In this document: piece after piece, positions 62,625 through 64,000 of the stretch
How positions within the stretch are numbered: position 1 is the stretch's first letter
Layout of the letters: each line of letters opens with the position of its first letter
Assembly: GCF_009914755.1 (NCBI RefSeq)
Contig: NC_060936.1
Length of the DNA: 64,000 nt
Reading direction: 5' to 3' (one strand)
Origin: the human T2T-CHM13v2.0 reference genome, Homo sapiens
The notes under the pieces: model-generated
What the model was told of the DNA's origin: nothing
Database searches by the model: none
What the model saw: only the letters and a program-made list of their open reading frames with translations
Program-made: the position numbers and the translations under genes

Positions 62625-63516
62625 GGGAGTGAGGGAGGAAAGAATAAGATAGTGTAGCTGCACCCAAAACAACTTAGAGTGATGCCAAAAGAGAGACCAG
62701 CATCATCTTCAAGTAAATGTGTATATGCAAATCATCGTTAATAGGAAGTTAAACATTTTAACTTATTTGCTTTCTAAGGGTTGCAGTAAAATGTTTGTCA
62801 AGAGGGAGTAAAATGCAACCCACATATATGACCCCATTATCCTATTTACAACAAATTTCTTCCCTCTTTCATCAACATTTTGTGATGTTACCAGAGCTCA
62901 TTTACAGGTTGAAATCACTAGTTCAGTGAGAGGGAATTTAATAAATATACAATTAGATAGGCGCAAATGAAAAGATTATACAGAACCTAGCTTACAAAAA
63001 CAAAATGGTAAAAATAAAAACAAAATTTTAAAAATACAAAATGAAAAGATTATACAGAACTTATATCCAAAGATCTTATTTAATACAGAAATGAAATCAG
63101 AATGCCCTTCTAGAAAGAGGAAGTTAAAATGGGAACACTTCTGTTTCTTTGCAAACAAGACTGCATTTCATCACATCTGAAAAATCAGTTGATGATTTCA
63201 TTATAATTTCTCAATGTTGAATGCCCAGTTATTGTGTAAATTGAGGAATGATCCTTGTAACTTGACCAAAGTGGGAAGAAAAGTGTTTGTTTATAATGGG
63301 AAAGGGGGAAGTGAGATCTAGCCAAAGTTCTAATTACTTTGGCCTTGGAAGCTTAAAGATAATGGAAATAATAGAGCATTGAGAAAGAAATCAAAAGCCC
63401 TTCAGAATGATTGTATCAGTTGTTCAACACTGACAGCCTCTAAGCGTTCAATGGCATTGCCTGCTGTTAGACCAAACTCTTAGAGAAAACTCACACCTTT
63501 AACATAAATATATAAA

Positions 63517-63710
63517 CCAGGTGTGGTGGTGTCTGGCCTATAGCCCCAACTGCTCTGGAGGCTGAGGTGGAAGGATCACTTGAGCCCAGGAGTTCAAGGC
63601 TATAGTGTACTATACCCATGCCTGTGAATAACCACTGCACTCCAGCCTGGGCCACATAGCAAGACCCATCTACAAAATATAACAAAATAAAATAAAATTA
63701 AAATTAAAAA
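63517..63710 (+). mobile_element. FAM (fossil Alu monomer)
   Basis: Retains the 7SL-derived cctgtgaataaccactgcac segment. Confidence 0.88.
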
Positions 63711-63824
63711 GAATATAATGGGTTGGCACAACTATATCAGGAACTGAAATCAACGTTATAGCTTGTCAAAGCGTGAGAATTGGGTCTTAACAGAATTTAT
63801 TCCTTTTTCACTTCAATTTTTACA

Positions 63825-64000
63825 AGGTAGTATGGTAGACTGAAAAAAGGATGTAACTGAACCTGAATCCAAATCCCTGCTCTCACATTTATTAGCTATA
63901 TTTCTTTATTTATTTGTAAAATTGAAATAATACTTATAAAATCCCTGTAAGAATTATAGGTAATGTTTATTAATGGACTAGCACTTTGTAAGTATGTGAT
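63825..64000 (+). mobile_element. MIR fragment
   Basis: cctgaatccaaatccctgctct...ttatttgtaaaattgaaataatactt core. Confidence 0.65.

Overview
Primate, most likely human, non-coding DNA that is about 75-80% transposable-element derived. I see no intact cellular protein-coding gene, RNA gene or CRISPR array. The only gene-derived sequence is a processed pseudogene of C1GALT1 (core 1 beta1,3-galactosyltransferase, T-synthase) at 9149-10830, inserted into an old L1. From memory of the human annotation, C1GALT1P1 lies at 12q15 between CPSF6 and LYZ, so this may be that intergenic interval; I cannot verify this here. The rest is about 36 Alu/FLAM/FAM copies, many L1 layers (old L1M through a 2-kb L1PA3), L2/MIR, complete MSTB and THE1D MaLR proviruses, MLT1 and MER74 solo LTRs, MER5A1 and hAT fossils. 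The most unusual object is a 4.3-kb minus-strand HERV-K(HML-5)/LTR22 provirus at 53832-58133 with a 6-bp TSD. It carries a gammaretroviral-type integrase C-terminus inside a betaretroviral backbone, about 350 bp of unassigned sequence in place of the RT core, repeated U5-end/PBS modules, widespread Trp-to-stop G>A changes, a nested HERV-H LTR7B and a forkhead-motif amplification. Other items worth a look are an L1 5' end inserted in inverted form (36694-38317) and a PU.1/C/EBP/octamer motif cluster near the right end. Subfamily names come from recognition of diagnostic sequence, not from a database search. I found no convincing new cellular system; the best candidate for something undescribed is the chimeric non-autonomous ERV.
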